This document shows positions 35,922-50,490 of a stretch of DNA of 64,000 nucleotides, in pieces (the stretch's first letter is position 1; every line of letters begins with the position of its first letter). The notes under the pieces were generated by a model. That model worked only from the letters and a program-made list of their open reading frames with translations, did no database searches and was not told the origin of the DNA. The DNA lies in NCBI RefSeq assembly GCF_009914755.1, contig NC_060929.1; one strand, written 5' to 3'. The stretch comes from the human T2T-CHM13v2.0 reference genome, Homo sapiens. Both the position numbers and the translations under genes were made by a program.

Positions 35922-38900
35922 GTCTGGGATTATAGCCTCTATAACTTGGCCTCCAAATATCTGGTTAGAGGAAACCAAAAATAATGCAGAACAAACCAAA
36001 CTAGAGAGGAAAACCCATGGGGGCAAACCCTATAGTTTCCAGCAGTAAATTCTTGACCTTTTTGTTTCTCTTTCCAAGATTGTCTGTAAAAAGGGAAAAA
36101 TAAGGTTTTTAAAAACCCTCCACCAATTACCTCTGAGATGAGACTTAATATGCCAAGTTTTTGCCTAGAGCACATTTTTACAGCTGAGTAATAAACCCCA
36201 GAAAAACATGCCTTATGATGGAAACATTGAACGTCGTCTGTTCCAGCAGGGCCATGGTAGCTGCCGAGACGGAGGAACATTCTTGTCAAAGAAGGAGGGA
36301 GAAAAGGAAGAAGAATTGGATTGGGTAAATATTTATCCAAAGAAGCAGTGTTGTTGGTAATGGGGAATGTTGGCTTCCCTTCACAAACCAGATCTTGATT
36401 TGTTTTCTATCCCGATTACTTTTTATGACGCTTGGGTTTTCTTCACAGTGAAACGCTTGGGTGATAAGAGAGTGTGAGGGAGATTGGGAGAAACAGATAT
36501 TTGTATACGTTGGCCCCGTTTGCAAACTTTAGAGGGCCTCCCAGTTTCATGCTCGAGACAAGGGTATAAATATCGCTGTCTTGCTCCCCATACTGCCTAG
36601 GAGACTCCAGAAGGAGGCATTTTCCAAGAAAGGGAATTATTTTTGGCTGCCATTGTGGTGCTGGAAACAGACCTCGACTTAAATTCAGAAAACCGAAGTT
36701 CGGATCCTACTTCACCCTGGCAATAGCTGACTAAGCCCGAGCAAAGAGCTTGTTCCCTCCGAGCCTCAGTTTCCTCACCTGTCAGTAGCAAAGAGAAAAC
36801 CAAGGCTATGTGCGGGTTGGTGGCACGCTGTCTCTCCACCCTTCTTCCTCCATATGTGCTACACCTGGCCAGCACGGGAACCCCCTCTGAAATCAGTGCC
36901 CGGGTTCTGACCAAACCCGATCATGCAGGATGGATAGGAGATGAATCGTAGAAAAATGGAGGCAGGGCAACGAAAATGACCTCAGTCCTTTCCTGGAGTA
37001 AATGGGAAGACACATTCTATGGGAAATCATGACAACAGAATAGGTTCGTTCCAGCCGAATCCGACTTAGAGTTGACTTTTAAAACGCCTTTAATAGTAAA
37101 AGTAACGGAGCACTCAAGAAGATTTTGAAAACGAACTCACAGATTTATCCCACGACCCCAACACCCTCAATTACTTTCCCGTCTGCATATTTTCTTTCTG
37201 CCCATGTGTGGCCTGCACTTCCCCTTGTAATGGGAAACATGCTCCATGAGAAACGGAGGAAGTGAGCCCAAAAGACGCTCTAGGCTGCTTCTCTCTCTCT
37301 CTCTTTTTTTTTCCTTCATTTATTTATTTTTTACTATGTTTATAAACCATGCCGAGGAAGTCCCCTCCCCTAGACACCAACCTGCTTTTGTTTTTTCTAG
37401 GTTTTGTTGTTGTCGTTGCTGCTGCTGTATTTAAATTGAAATAAATTACCATTTCTTGAAAAAATTCATTTATTATTGATTTATTTATTTTTAATATGAT
37501 ACCAACTGGTTTTGAGCTCCCTCTCACCGTGGGAGTTTAGTCTCTGGCCCCGGCAACCTCTGCCAGTGGCAAGAGCTGACTTATTGCTGGTGTCAACACA
37601 TGGCCAAGTTGGCTTCATCCTGAGCCCCACACAGAAGCGCAGGAGCCTCGGCAGCTGCGCACAGTTCTAGCCGGCACTCAGGTTGCATTGTGCGGCATCG
37701 CCTGGGTAACCGATAGCCGGCCTCAGAAATGGAATAGGGTGGGAGCCGGGCAACAATTCCCATCACCCCGCCTCCTCCTCCTCCTCAAATAGTCAGCTGG
37801 TCTCTGTTAGTCATTTCAGTCAACGGTTTTCAAAAACCTCCGCTGCCATTTATTAAAATGCCTATTTTGTGCCTAAACAGGCAAATGCTTGCTGTAGTTT
37901 ATCACGAATACTCCCAACAGTTCTTCAAGCTCGGTGTGATTACCTCCCCTTCTAAAGACAAGGAAAATGAGGATCAGAGAGGGTCAGCGACTTACCCAAG
38001 GCCACACAGCCCCACATTTCTGTCTGACTCTGAAGCCTGTGGTCTTCCTATGGCAGCGACGTCCAGATCAGAACTAATAAGCTAGCAAATGTGGTCTGCT
38101 TCTTTGAAGAAAAGACCTGGGTATTTTTGACTTGAGGACCTATTGTCAAAGTCAGAATGGGTAATTTCCATTCCACCTCTCACATTTTAATGCCCAGCAC
38201 TGCTATTGCTAAATTCTTCTATTTGATGTCCATGAGCTTGGAGATCCATGTGACTGCTCAAGAATCAGTTCTGAGCTCATGCCAAGAGTAGAAATGTTAG
38301 TGACTGGGTCTGAGCTGCCCGTATTCTGCTCCATTGAGAATGGGGCTAATTACGAAGTCGGATGGATCCATTGTCAAGGAAACTTACCATATTCTCTTGG
38401 ACCATTTAAGGGCTGAGCAAACATGCTGGCTGGACAGGTTGTCCTGTACTGATGGCAATCTCTGGTTCTCCCCAGGCCCTAAACAGCTGCCTCAGCTTCC
38501 CACAGAGTCTGGAGAAATCCTTCAGAACAAAATGATCCCAATCCTGGGCTTCAGGACTTTCTAAGAGCTCGAAGAAATTACAGGGGCCTGTGGGGAAATA
38601 AGTCTCCTCTACTGGTTGAGGAGAAGGATAGAGCCAGAAGATTAAAGAAAGGGCAATAGAGCAAAAGGTAGAGGGCAAAGGGAGCTGGAAAGAAACTCTC
38701 AAGGGCTCCCATGAGCATTAATAGGAATTCCAAACTCAGTATCAGCAGCCTGTCCTACCTGGCCCTTTTCTAGGAATTCAAGCCTTGGGAATTCCGTTAC
38801 TGCTGCTGCTTCTAACACATCCATTGCCAAATGCTGTATCGGTTAGAAAGCAAATCAGTGAGGATTAGATGAAACAACACAGTTAATTATCCAGTTGCCT

Positions 38901-39080
38901 TGTGAAGTCCCTTGGGATTCCATTGGCAAGGCTGTATCCAAGGCTTGCCCTGCACAGTGGTACATCTGTCTGCCCTCTCTGCCCCGCCCACTCACCCAGA
39001 CCGGGAGTGGATGGAGCAACACTGCTCTTCTGTTCTAAGTCGCCTGCTGCCTCGGCCCAGGACTTAGGTGTATGCGGCTA

Positions 39081-39394
<314 letters not shown>

Positions 39395-39539
39395 AGAACT
39401 CTGAGGACAGAACGTTTGGGTGGCATGGGAATAGCATGAGTATAGCATGAAGACAGCATGAAGAGAGACCACTGCCCATCAGTTTACCATGCAGACCTGC
39501 AGTGCCAGCGCAGCGTCCCCCTAATCCGGGATGTGTTAG

Positions 39540-40022
<483 letters not shown>

Positions 40023-40259
40023 TAGTTTCTTAAAGAGGTATGTCATAGAATTCTATTACTCCCCTGCTCAAAACCATCCATGGCAGAAGTTAAAACAGAG
40101 CAATGATCTCCAGTGCTGGCAGAGAAAGGGGGAGCTGAACACTGCAAGTGGGCATGTGCCCTAGAGCAGGGTTTTTAGGAAGTCATCCAGCAGTGCCCAT
40201 TCAGGTTAAAAATACACACACCTGGCTCCAGCATCTCAATTTTGGAAATTAAACCTTTA

Positions 40260-40605
<346 letters not shown>

Positions 40606-40897
40606 TCAAGAATTGTTGGTAGCAGTAACAATTTGGATAAAAAATATAATAATATCCATCAATTAGAAAATGGTTAAACGCATTATAATATGCCACTACT
40701 ATGGAATATAAAAAGAATGGATTGGGTTATTGATTGACATGATGAAACGTCTAGGATATGAGTTAAACAAGAAAGCAAGTTGCATAGGTAGATAGCTGCA
40801 TATCACACATGCAGGTACACAAGCACACAAAGGCACCATCAATTTCCACCTTTCTGAATTTGTATCTGCTATTTTTGTGTTTGTATATAGATACTAG

Positions 40898-41510
<613 letters not shown>

Positions 41511-42123
41511 TCAAGATTGTTAATACTAGTTGATTTGGATGGCAGAATGAAGAGAAGATAAGGGAGATTATTAATTGCTTTCATGTCTTTGATTTGTTTC
41601 GCTGGTCATAGTGGAAACCTATTGCTTTTGAAATTCTAAGAGTCATTTAAGATAAGATGATAGAAAAAAGAAAAGAAAGAAGAAAAGTAAACAGCAGAGA
41701 AGGGAAGGGAGCGGGAGGGAAGGAAGAAAGAAAAAAAACCCTTCACTGTCTCGCCGCAGCTTTCCAAGTCCCGGCTCCCCGCTCCACCTGTCCTTCTCCC
41801 CGACTGCTTGTGCCCCGACTCCCCACATCTGTATTAGCACCCAAATACACAGACCAGGTCATTTCAATTCTCACGCTTTCTTACATCCTGCCCCCTTTGC
41901 CAGAAACCACCTCCTCTTTCTCAACCTGCCAAATTCTTTCAAAGTTCACCCCAAATGCCACCTCCTCCAAACAGCCTTTTCCTGCCTCCAAGGGTCCGTC
42001 AGTCCCCCTCTGCGCTCCTATATGCCCTGTACCCTCTGGTACCACATTCCACTGTACCTGCTACAGGGGCTGCACTTTCAAACGCCTGGCTGGTGGCGAC
42101 TAGAGTCTGCAGGTTCCACCTAG

Positions 42124-42506
<383 letters not shown>

Positions 42507-42917
42507 CCCCAGGATTCCAGATTTCTATGGGAAGCCCCCTGATTTTTAACTGTTGGCAACTTATTGAAGTGTTCAATAAACTGTCTTCAGGCCAACACAG
42601 TGAGAGTGAAAGAAAGAAATTCTGTGAGATATGTCTGGCTTCATCAGTATTGGGTAACTGGGTATTTGGTAGATCTGTGTTCCCACTGGAGTGGGAGACT
42701 GTTGAAGGCAAGAACCTGTCTGGGTAGTCTTTGCATTCCAGATTTAGCACAACCCAGCACACACATACTTAAGGAAGAAGGGAAGAAACACGGGAAACAG
42801 CCAGAAGGATGAAAGAAAGGGATAAAAGGGCACACCAGGCAATGCGTTTAATCATTTACGAAAAGGACAAGTGAAAACCTTTTTCCATCTTGTTTGCAAC
42901 TTACAGATTGTTTTTGT

Positions 42918-43546
<629 letters not shown>

Positions 43547-43919
43547 CTGCAACTTGGGTGTATCTTAATTTTGACCACACGGTATAGATGTTCTATGGAT
43601 ACTGTAAAAATGCCTGCTAGGGAAATGGCAGTTTCCATATCCAGGCACTAAAGATGAACCAGTGAAACAAAGGATACAGTGATGTTTAAACAGAACTAGG
43701 ATTTCAAAGAATTCTTCCCCTCTTTTGCAATTACTACTCAGCTAGTAGATAACCAGGTTCAGAGTAAATAAGTTTGTGTTTTGACCAAATTCACCTATTC
43801 ACTGTTTACTAATGATACTAACAACTCCAAACATCCAGGAAAATGTGGAGGCCTCTATTATCTCTGTCTTCATAATAATAATGTGGTCCTCTATTATCTC
43901 CACAGTAAATTCTTCCTGC

Positions 43920-44075
43920 AAACCTGGGAGGTCAGAATGATCACAACCCTCATAGTACAGATAAGGGATCCAAGATTCAGAGAGGGAAAGTAACTTGCCC
44001 AAGGCCACCCAGCTGGAAGGAGGTGGGGCAGGATTCCATCCAGATTTTGTGCTGTTGGAAATGCAGTGTTCTCTC
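43920..44075 (-). mobile_element. MIR fragment (one of many: also ~5340, ~17025, ~17920-18130, ~19000, ~37850, ~45170, ~49060, ~61900)
   Basis: ACAGATAAGG...ATTCAGAGAGGGAAAGTAACTTGCCCAAGGCCACCCAGCT MIR core. Confidence 0.8.
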
Positions 44076-44424
44076 CTGTAAATCAGTGTTAACCCCAATT
44101 TCAGGCATCCACCTACACAATTGTTCCTAAGAACAATCATGATTGTTGGCTTTATCCCAGTACCAACAGTGCTATTATTTAATTAATGTTTAACTTAAGT
44201 TCTCATTTTAACACTAAAAAATAATTTGTAAAGTGAAATTTATGTCACAGTATTACTTATCAACCTTAGCTGGGTTAACTCTGAAAATGAGTAGAGTGAA
44301 AGCAACACTGTGTTATTTTCCGGCTTGATGCTGTGGTCTCCTGAAGGCTGAAACCTGGTGCTTTGTCCCCAGGGACACTGGTGATCATTATCGTGGTGTT
44401 CAAGTTGTACTAAGACAGTCTCCT

Positions 44425-44743
<319 letters not shown>

Positions 44744-46256
44744 ACCAAACACAGTCTCCTGAGTAAAGTGGAAGGATTAACAGACATCATTGAAAATGAA
44801 ATCACTTCGTTGTCATGTACTTAGATGTTACTTCATACCCTGTCCAGAGACTCTCCAAAATCATTTCTCTGGGTAAAGCTGGTGCCACCACTTGGGCACA
44901 GCTTTCTTGTGCTGCCCGAAAGGCCCTGAGGGTTTTTAGCAATGTAATTTTCATAAGCCTCTTTGCAACTGTCCACACCAACAGCGTTAGCATTAATTGT
45001 GTCATTAGCAATGATCCATCTGGTTTCCTCCCAGTCTTCCCATCTGCTGAGTCAAAAACTTCCCTCCTTTCTTGAATGGGAGACCTGCAACAGGGAACAG
45101 AAGAAATTGTGTTCCTTGCATTTTATATGCATGATCCCATGTAATTCTCCTCAACCCCTGAAATAGGGATTAGTGGCCCCCATTTTCTGATGTGGAGAAT
45201 GAAGTCCTACTCAGAGAAGTGGGAGGACTTGTCCCAAGACAAGCTGGACACAGGATAAAATTTGGTTTCCAACCTACCCAGCCTGACTCCTGTGATCCTT
45301 CCATCTGACTGGAAACCTCAGTCAGCCTGGTGGTAGACAGGAACAAGAAGCCGAATTTTTCATTCACTCCTTTTTATCATAGAACAACTATAGAACCAGA
45401 GCAGACTTGGAATGCAACTAAACCCCCTCCTTTTGCTAGTGAGGGGGATGAGGAACCCAGAGAGCAGGAAGATCTTTTCAAAGTCACCCAGCAAGAGAGT
45501 GACAGGTAGAGATCAGAACTCTTCCTTCCTGGTAGTGGGGGTGGGTGGGAGTGGGCAGGGGGTGTGTCTAGGTCTTTTCCCTTCACTTTCCCACCTTCCC
45601 TACAAAGACTTGCAAATTCACTGGCAAAAGTCATAAGCTGTGGAAAGGTGGCAAAGAGAAAAAGTCCCAGTTTTATCAAGCTATAATACATAAGGGGTAT
45701 TCAATTTATAGATAGTATTATCGTGATGAGGAAGGCTTAACTATATTTAAAGTTTGTGGATCTCATAAAATTGTGAAGATATTACAATGCCTTTTGCAAA
45801 AAATTCCACCCATAGCTCTAATTTCTTTTTCCTATTTAAACAGTGGTGACTATTCTCTCTTAGGGTTGGAGGGTAGGTAGAGGATAAGGGAATGACATCT
45901 TAACAATACACAATTAAAAAAAGAAATTATACATGTCTTGATTTTTCATGTCTGAGAATCAAACCTTTCAATAAATGAAAATAATGATACCATCTACCAA
46001 GAGGCTTGTGAGAAGTAAATGAATTGGTGCCTGTTGTGTGCCTAGAACAGTGCATGACACATAGTAAGTGCTCAAAAAGCATCAACCGCTATTATTAGGG
46101 GGATGAGCAACTTAAAACTATCAGTTTAATATTTTCCTAAATACATATGGGTCTCTTTTTTTCCATTGTAGAAACACACCTTCATGTAGAAAGATCAAGA
46201 TATTACTAAAGCAAATTGGCAAAGATAACAGTGTGATGTCGAGTTTCTCTGGTTGA

Positions 46257-46590
<334 letters not shown>

Positions 46591-49500
46591 CTGTCTCTGG
46601 CTGATTTTAGCCAGGAATAAGAGAAATTCAATCTGAGGGATGATGAAGAGAAATCAGTTAGTGGTCTGGAGTCAGATTCACCTGGGGTCACATGCTGACT
46701 GAAACACTTAGATGCTACAAAACCTTGGGCAAGCACAACCTCCCCAACTCTTCCCATTTGTGAAATGAGTAACTATAGGGAAATGTGACAATTAATTGCA
46801 AGTCTAACGACTTTCTGGGTCTGGGGTGGAATGAACACTCAGTTTTCCCAGTGGACAGGTTAAAATTCTGCCCCTGCCTTGCAAGAATCCAATCCAGCAT
46901 TAGTTACAATTCTGAGAGCAGCCCTCATAATTCACAGTTCATTCTGGAGTCACCGGGGAAGGCAACCTTTCAGTGAGTCACCCCTGCAGTCTCCACCACC
47001 ACCTGGATTTACTCATTTATTCAACAAATATTTATTGAGTCCCTCACCATGCCAAAGGCTCTTCTGGGCACTGGACACAGTGCTGTGAATGCATGACAAA
47101 TCCTGGGGGCCCCCACATCGGGTCTTCATGGATCCAGGCCCCAAAAGGCATGGTTTCCACATCAGTGGGGCACTGTAAGGCTCAGAGCATTTCCTGGGCA
47201 AACCTAAGCAATGTGATGCATTCTCCTACCTAACCCCCTCTGTGACCTCCAGCAAGTGGCCTCTCCTTTCAGACCTACATTTCACATTTCACCTCCGCGG
47301 TGAAATGGGGTGATAGACAGGAAGGGGTGGAGGCAGAAAGGGAGGAGGGAGAGGGGATTCACACTCCTAGTAACAAGTGAGGTTTTGGATGTGAAAGCAT
47401 TGCAATGAGTAAAGCTAAATGCACAGTTTTCTGATTACCAAGGCAGGGGCTCTTCCTGCCAATGATGACCAGCAGCTCCCTCCGAAGGCTGGCACAAGCC
47501 TGGGGCCCAGCTCCAACACCCCAACTCCTCGCCCAAAAATGACTAACAACACTTAGAATAATTGCTTCTAATTGTCTTTATCCTCCAAATAAAACAAACC
47601 CTGCTTATTCCCCACCAGGCAACTGGGAGAAGGGGGTGGAGCAACTGGAAGAGATTATCTGCCTTAATTAAAAAATACAATTATGCCTATTGAGTAACCC
47701 CTCAAAGTTCCTTTTCCCATCTTCCCTACGTGTAGTCTGCTGCATTTTGAAGCTGAAACAACTTGGAGGCCACCAAGTAAGACAGACTTGAGATTTCTGT
47801 TGAATTATTTGGGAATCCATAATCCAGGGTACCCTTTGCCATAATCTAGAGTGGCAGGGCCGAGAGCAATTTATGTGTGTGTCCGTGCTAGTGACTGAGC
47901 CCATCCTGGACTCAACAGCCCATCTGTCAAGTCGGAAGAAAATGGAAATAGTAGATACTTCATTGCTGTGAGCAATTCCAGATGCCTCTCCTCTCACATT
48001 TACAGCAACCTCTGCTGCAGGCAAAATACATAAATTTTAGAATCAGCCAAATCCTGATTTGCATCTTTGCCAGGTATTTTCTAGCTGTGAAAAAACCTTA
48101 TCAAGCCTTAAGCTTCAGTTCTTTCTTCCTTCAGGAGGAATAGGGCCCGTACATCACAGGGTTGCTTGAGGAATAAGTGGGAGAGAGCTGACGGTTATTG
48201 AACCTCGATTAAAACCTCACCTCTGCTCAGCCCTGTATGGGTGGTTATTCTGGTTTTACAGATGGGTAAACTGAAAGGGGTGGGGGACGGCAGAGATTTG
48301 TGAATGGCAGGGCAAGATCCCCTAGGTGTTCTCCTGGATGACCGGGCTGGTTCCCTAGGGCTGCAGCCACCAGCTTCCTGGAACCACCTCTTCCAGGGAG
48401 TCCTTTGGGTCTTTCTCTGCAGACAAATCAGCCTCGGCCCTGCTCGTGGCAACTTTCCTCCAATCAGGCAGGGGTTGAGAAGAGACCAGAGAGCTGTACC
48501 CAGGGATTGGGAGACAGGAGATACTCCCTGCTGTTTGTCTAAACCTAAAGTTTCTTCTTCCCTTAATCTCCACCTCTCACTAGATAGATCTGCCAATCTG
48601 CTTCCTTCCCAAAAGGTAGGTAGTTATTCCCATTTTACAGAAGAAAAAAAAATGAGGCTCCAGAAAGTTGCATGCCTCAAATCATTCAATGAGTTCCATG
48701 CCTCGAATCATCCAATATTAGATCATTCGATTTCAAATGTGCACGATGCCCAGGAAGATCTATTGGAAAGGGAGGTAAAAAGTAACATCGATAATGACTT
48801 AAGAAATGAGAATAATATCCCACATTTACTAAATGCTAGGCACTCTCTCATGTTACAGCTGCTGAATCTGCAGTGCAGAAAAGTGAAGTGATTTATCTAG
48901 TCTCACAGGAAATACATGGTTCAACCTTACTTGAAGCCAGTTCAGCTCTAGATCTTGAAGCCAGTTTAGCTCTAGGAGATCCGAAGCAGAGCTGTCTCCT
49001 GGGTCAGTGCCTGCTTCCAGCACACTCAGCGCTACTCGGTATTTTGTAAGGCTTGTCACCTAGTTCTCACCAGCAACCCTGTGGATGGGCATTAGCATGC
49101 CTATTTTCTGAAAGGGGAAACCAAGACCCAGCAAGGTGACGGCGGAAAACGGTGAGAAGTAGGGCCTGGATTTGAATATAGAACTACAGAAGGCCGACCC
49201 ACAGCTCCTCCCCTCACACCTGCTGCCTCCAGAACTAGATGTCCCCATGAACTCGCCATCCCCTCTCCAGGCTGTGGGACCTGCAAGGAGATGCAGCTTC
49301 TTTTACCTCTACCTCCCCCGCCCCCATCCTTGTGATGGTCTTCTTCCAGGGACACCGTGTTGAATTAGGTTTTACCACAGCTGAAGTCAGGCCAACCTCT
49401 CCCCTCTCTGCGCCTGGACGACTTCATCTGTGGAATGGGGAGAAAGCTCAGGCTTTAGGGGGCCTTCAGTAATCTGCATCGTGCTTTTGGCAAAAGCTCC

Positions 49501-49839
49501 TTCTCTCCAGCCCCGGCTCAAACCCGGGCTCGGTCCTGACTCCGGACCTTAGGGGGCGGGAACAGGAGAACAGGAAAGAACAAGCTTGGGCTTGCAGAGC
49601 TTCGCAAGCAAGACGTTTGTACCCCCAAAACCTCCAGCTGTGACCCTGAATATCTATCTACCCGACTTCCTGGGCTGTGTAACTCGGAAAGTGATCTCTC
49701 TAGACACCAGAGGACCGAACCTTCCCCATTCTCACTCTGCAACAAGCCAGTAAGAAAAATGAGCTCAGAGACGAGTAGCCTTTTGCCCGAAGTCACACAG
49801 CCAATGTTTTGGGGGGTGGGTGAGCGGTGTTGCGGAATT

Positions 49840-50490
49840 CCTGGCGGATGTTGGCGCCCGCGGGTCTGCCTGCTTCTGATACCCGGGCTCGGTAGAATAG
49901 GCCGCTAACGAGCTCCCATTAGGAGGAATTGTCACTCCTCTGGGAGCGAGCTTGTCCCATTAGGGCGAATTGTCATTCCTCCTGGAGCGAGGTTGTCCCG
50001 GCTCCGCGCAGGCTGAGTGCTGGGGCCGAGAGCAATTAACGCGGCTCCGGCGCGGGCAGCCGCCTCTGCCCCGGGCAGCGGGGGCGGGGCAGGGCGGGGG
50101 CGGGGCGCCCGGCGCGGCTGGAGCCGGTCACCCGGCGCAGCCCCTTCCCCCGGAGCCCGCCTTTCATCTCCCCGCGCCTGGCGCCTGCCCGAAGCCCAGG
50201 CCCGTCTACAGCCCCCTTCGCTGCCCCTCCCCCGCCCCCTTCTAGCCGCTGGGATCCAGCGTTCGGCCCTCGGGGTTACAAACGCTGCGTTCTGCGCGCA
50301 GTGCTCCACAGTTTGCAAGGAGTGTTTTCTCCTTGGGACTCGCAGCGCGCGTACGCGGTTGCTTCAAGAAGGGGCCTGGCGGGTGTAACGCGCCCCGGGG
50401 AGCGCGGGAAGGTGCAGGGTTGAGGATCTACGCTCAGAGGCCTCAGCCGCGCGGGAGGGATTCCTGGGTCTCCCACTTCTACCTGCGCGA
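49840..50490. promoter_or_regulatory. Upstream CpG island / BMP-responsive MSX2 enhancer (~3.5 kb upstream)
   Basis: CpG-dense. TGGCGCC-N5-GTCTG at 49852-49868; AATTAA homeodomain site at 50034-50039 within GC-rich Smad1-type sites; further GGCGCC at 50104 and 50180. Position and composition match the BMP-responsive element reported upstream of mouse Msx2 (recalled, not aligned). Confidence 0.8.
49914..49999. repeat. 41-bp tandem duplication (2 units, 35/41 identical) in the upstream enhancer
   Basis: TCCCATTAGGAGGAATTGTCACTCCTCTGGGAGCGAGCTTG / TCCCATTAGGGCGAATTGTCATTCCTCCTGGAGCGAGGTTG. Confidence 0.9.

Noticed and set aside
48304-48891. 195-aa ATG-initiated ORF
   Set aside because: Runs through MIR-derived sequence; no domain or splice support. 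Cannot be fully excluded without Ribo-seq.
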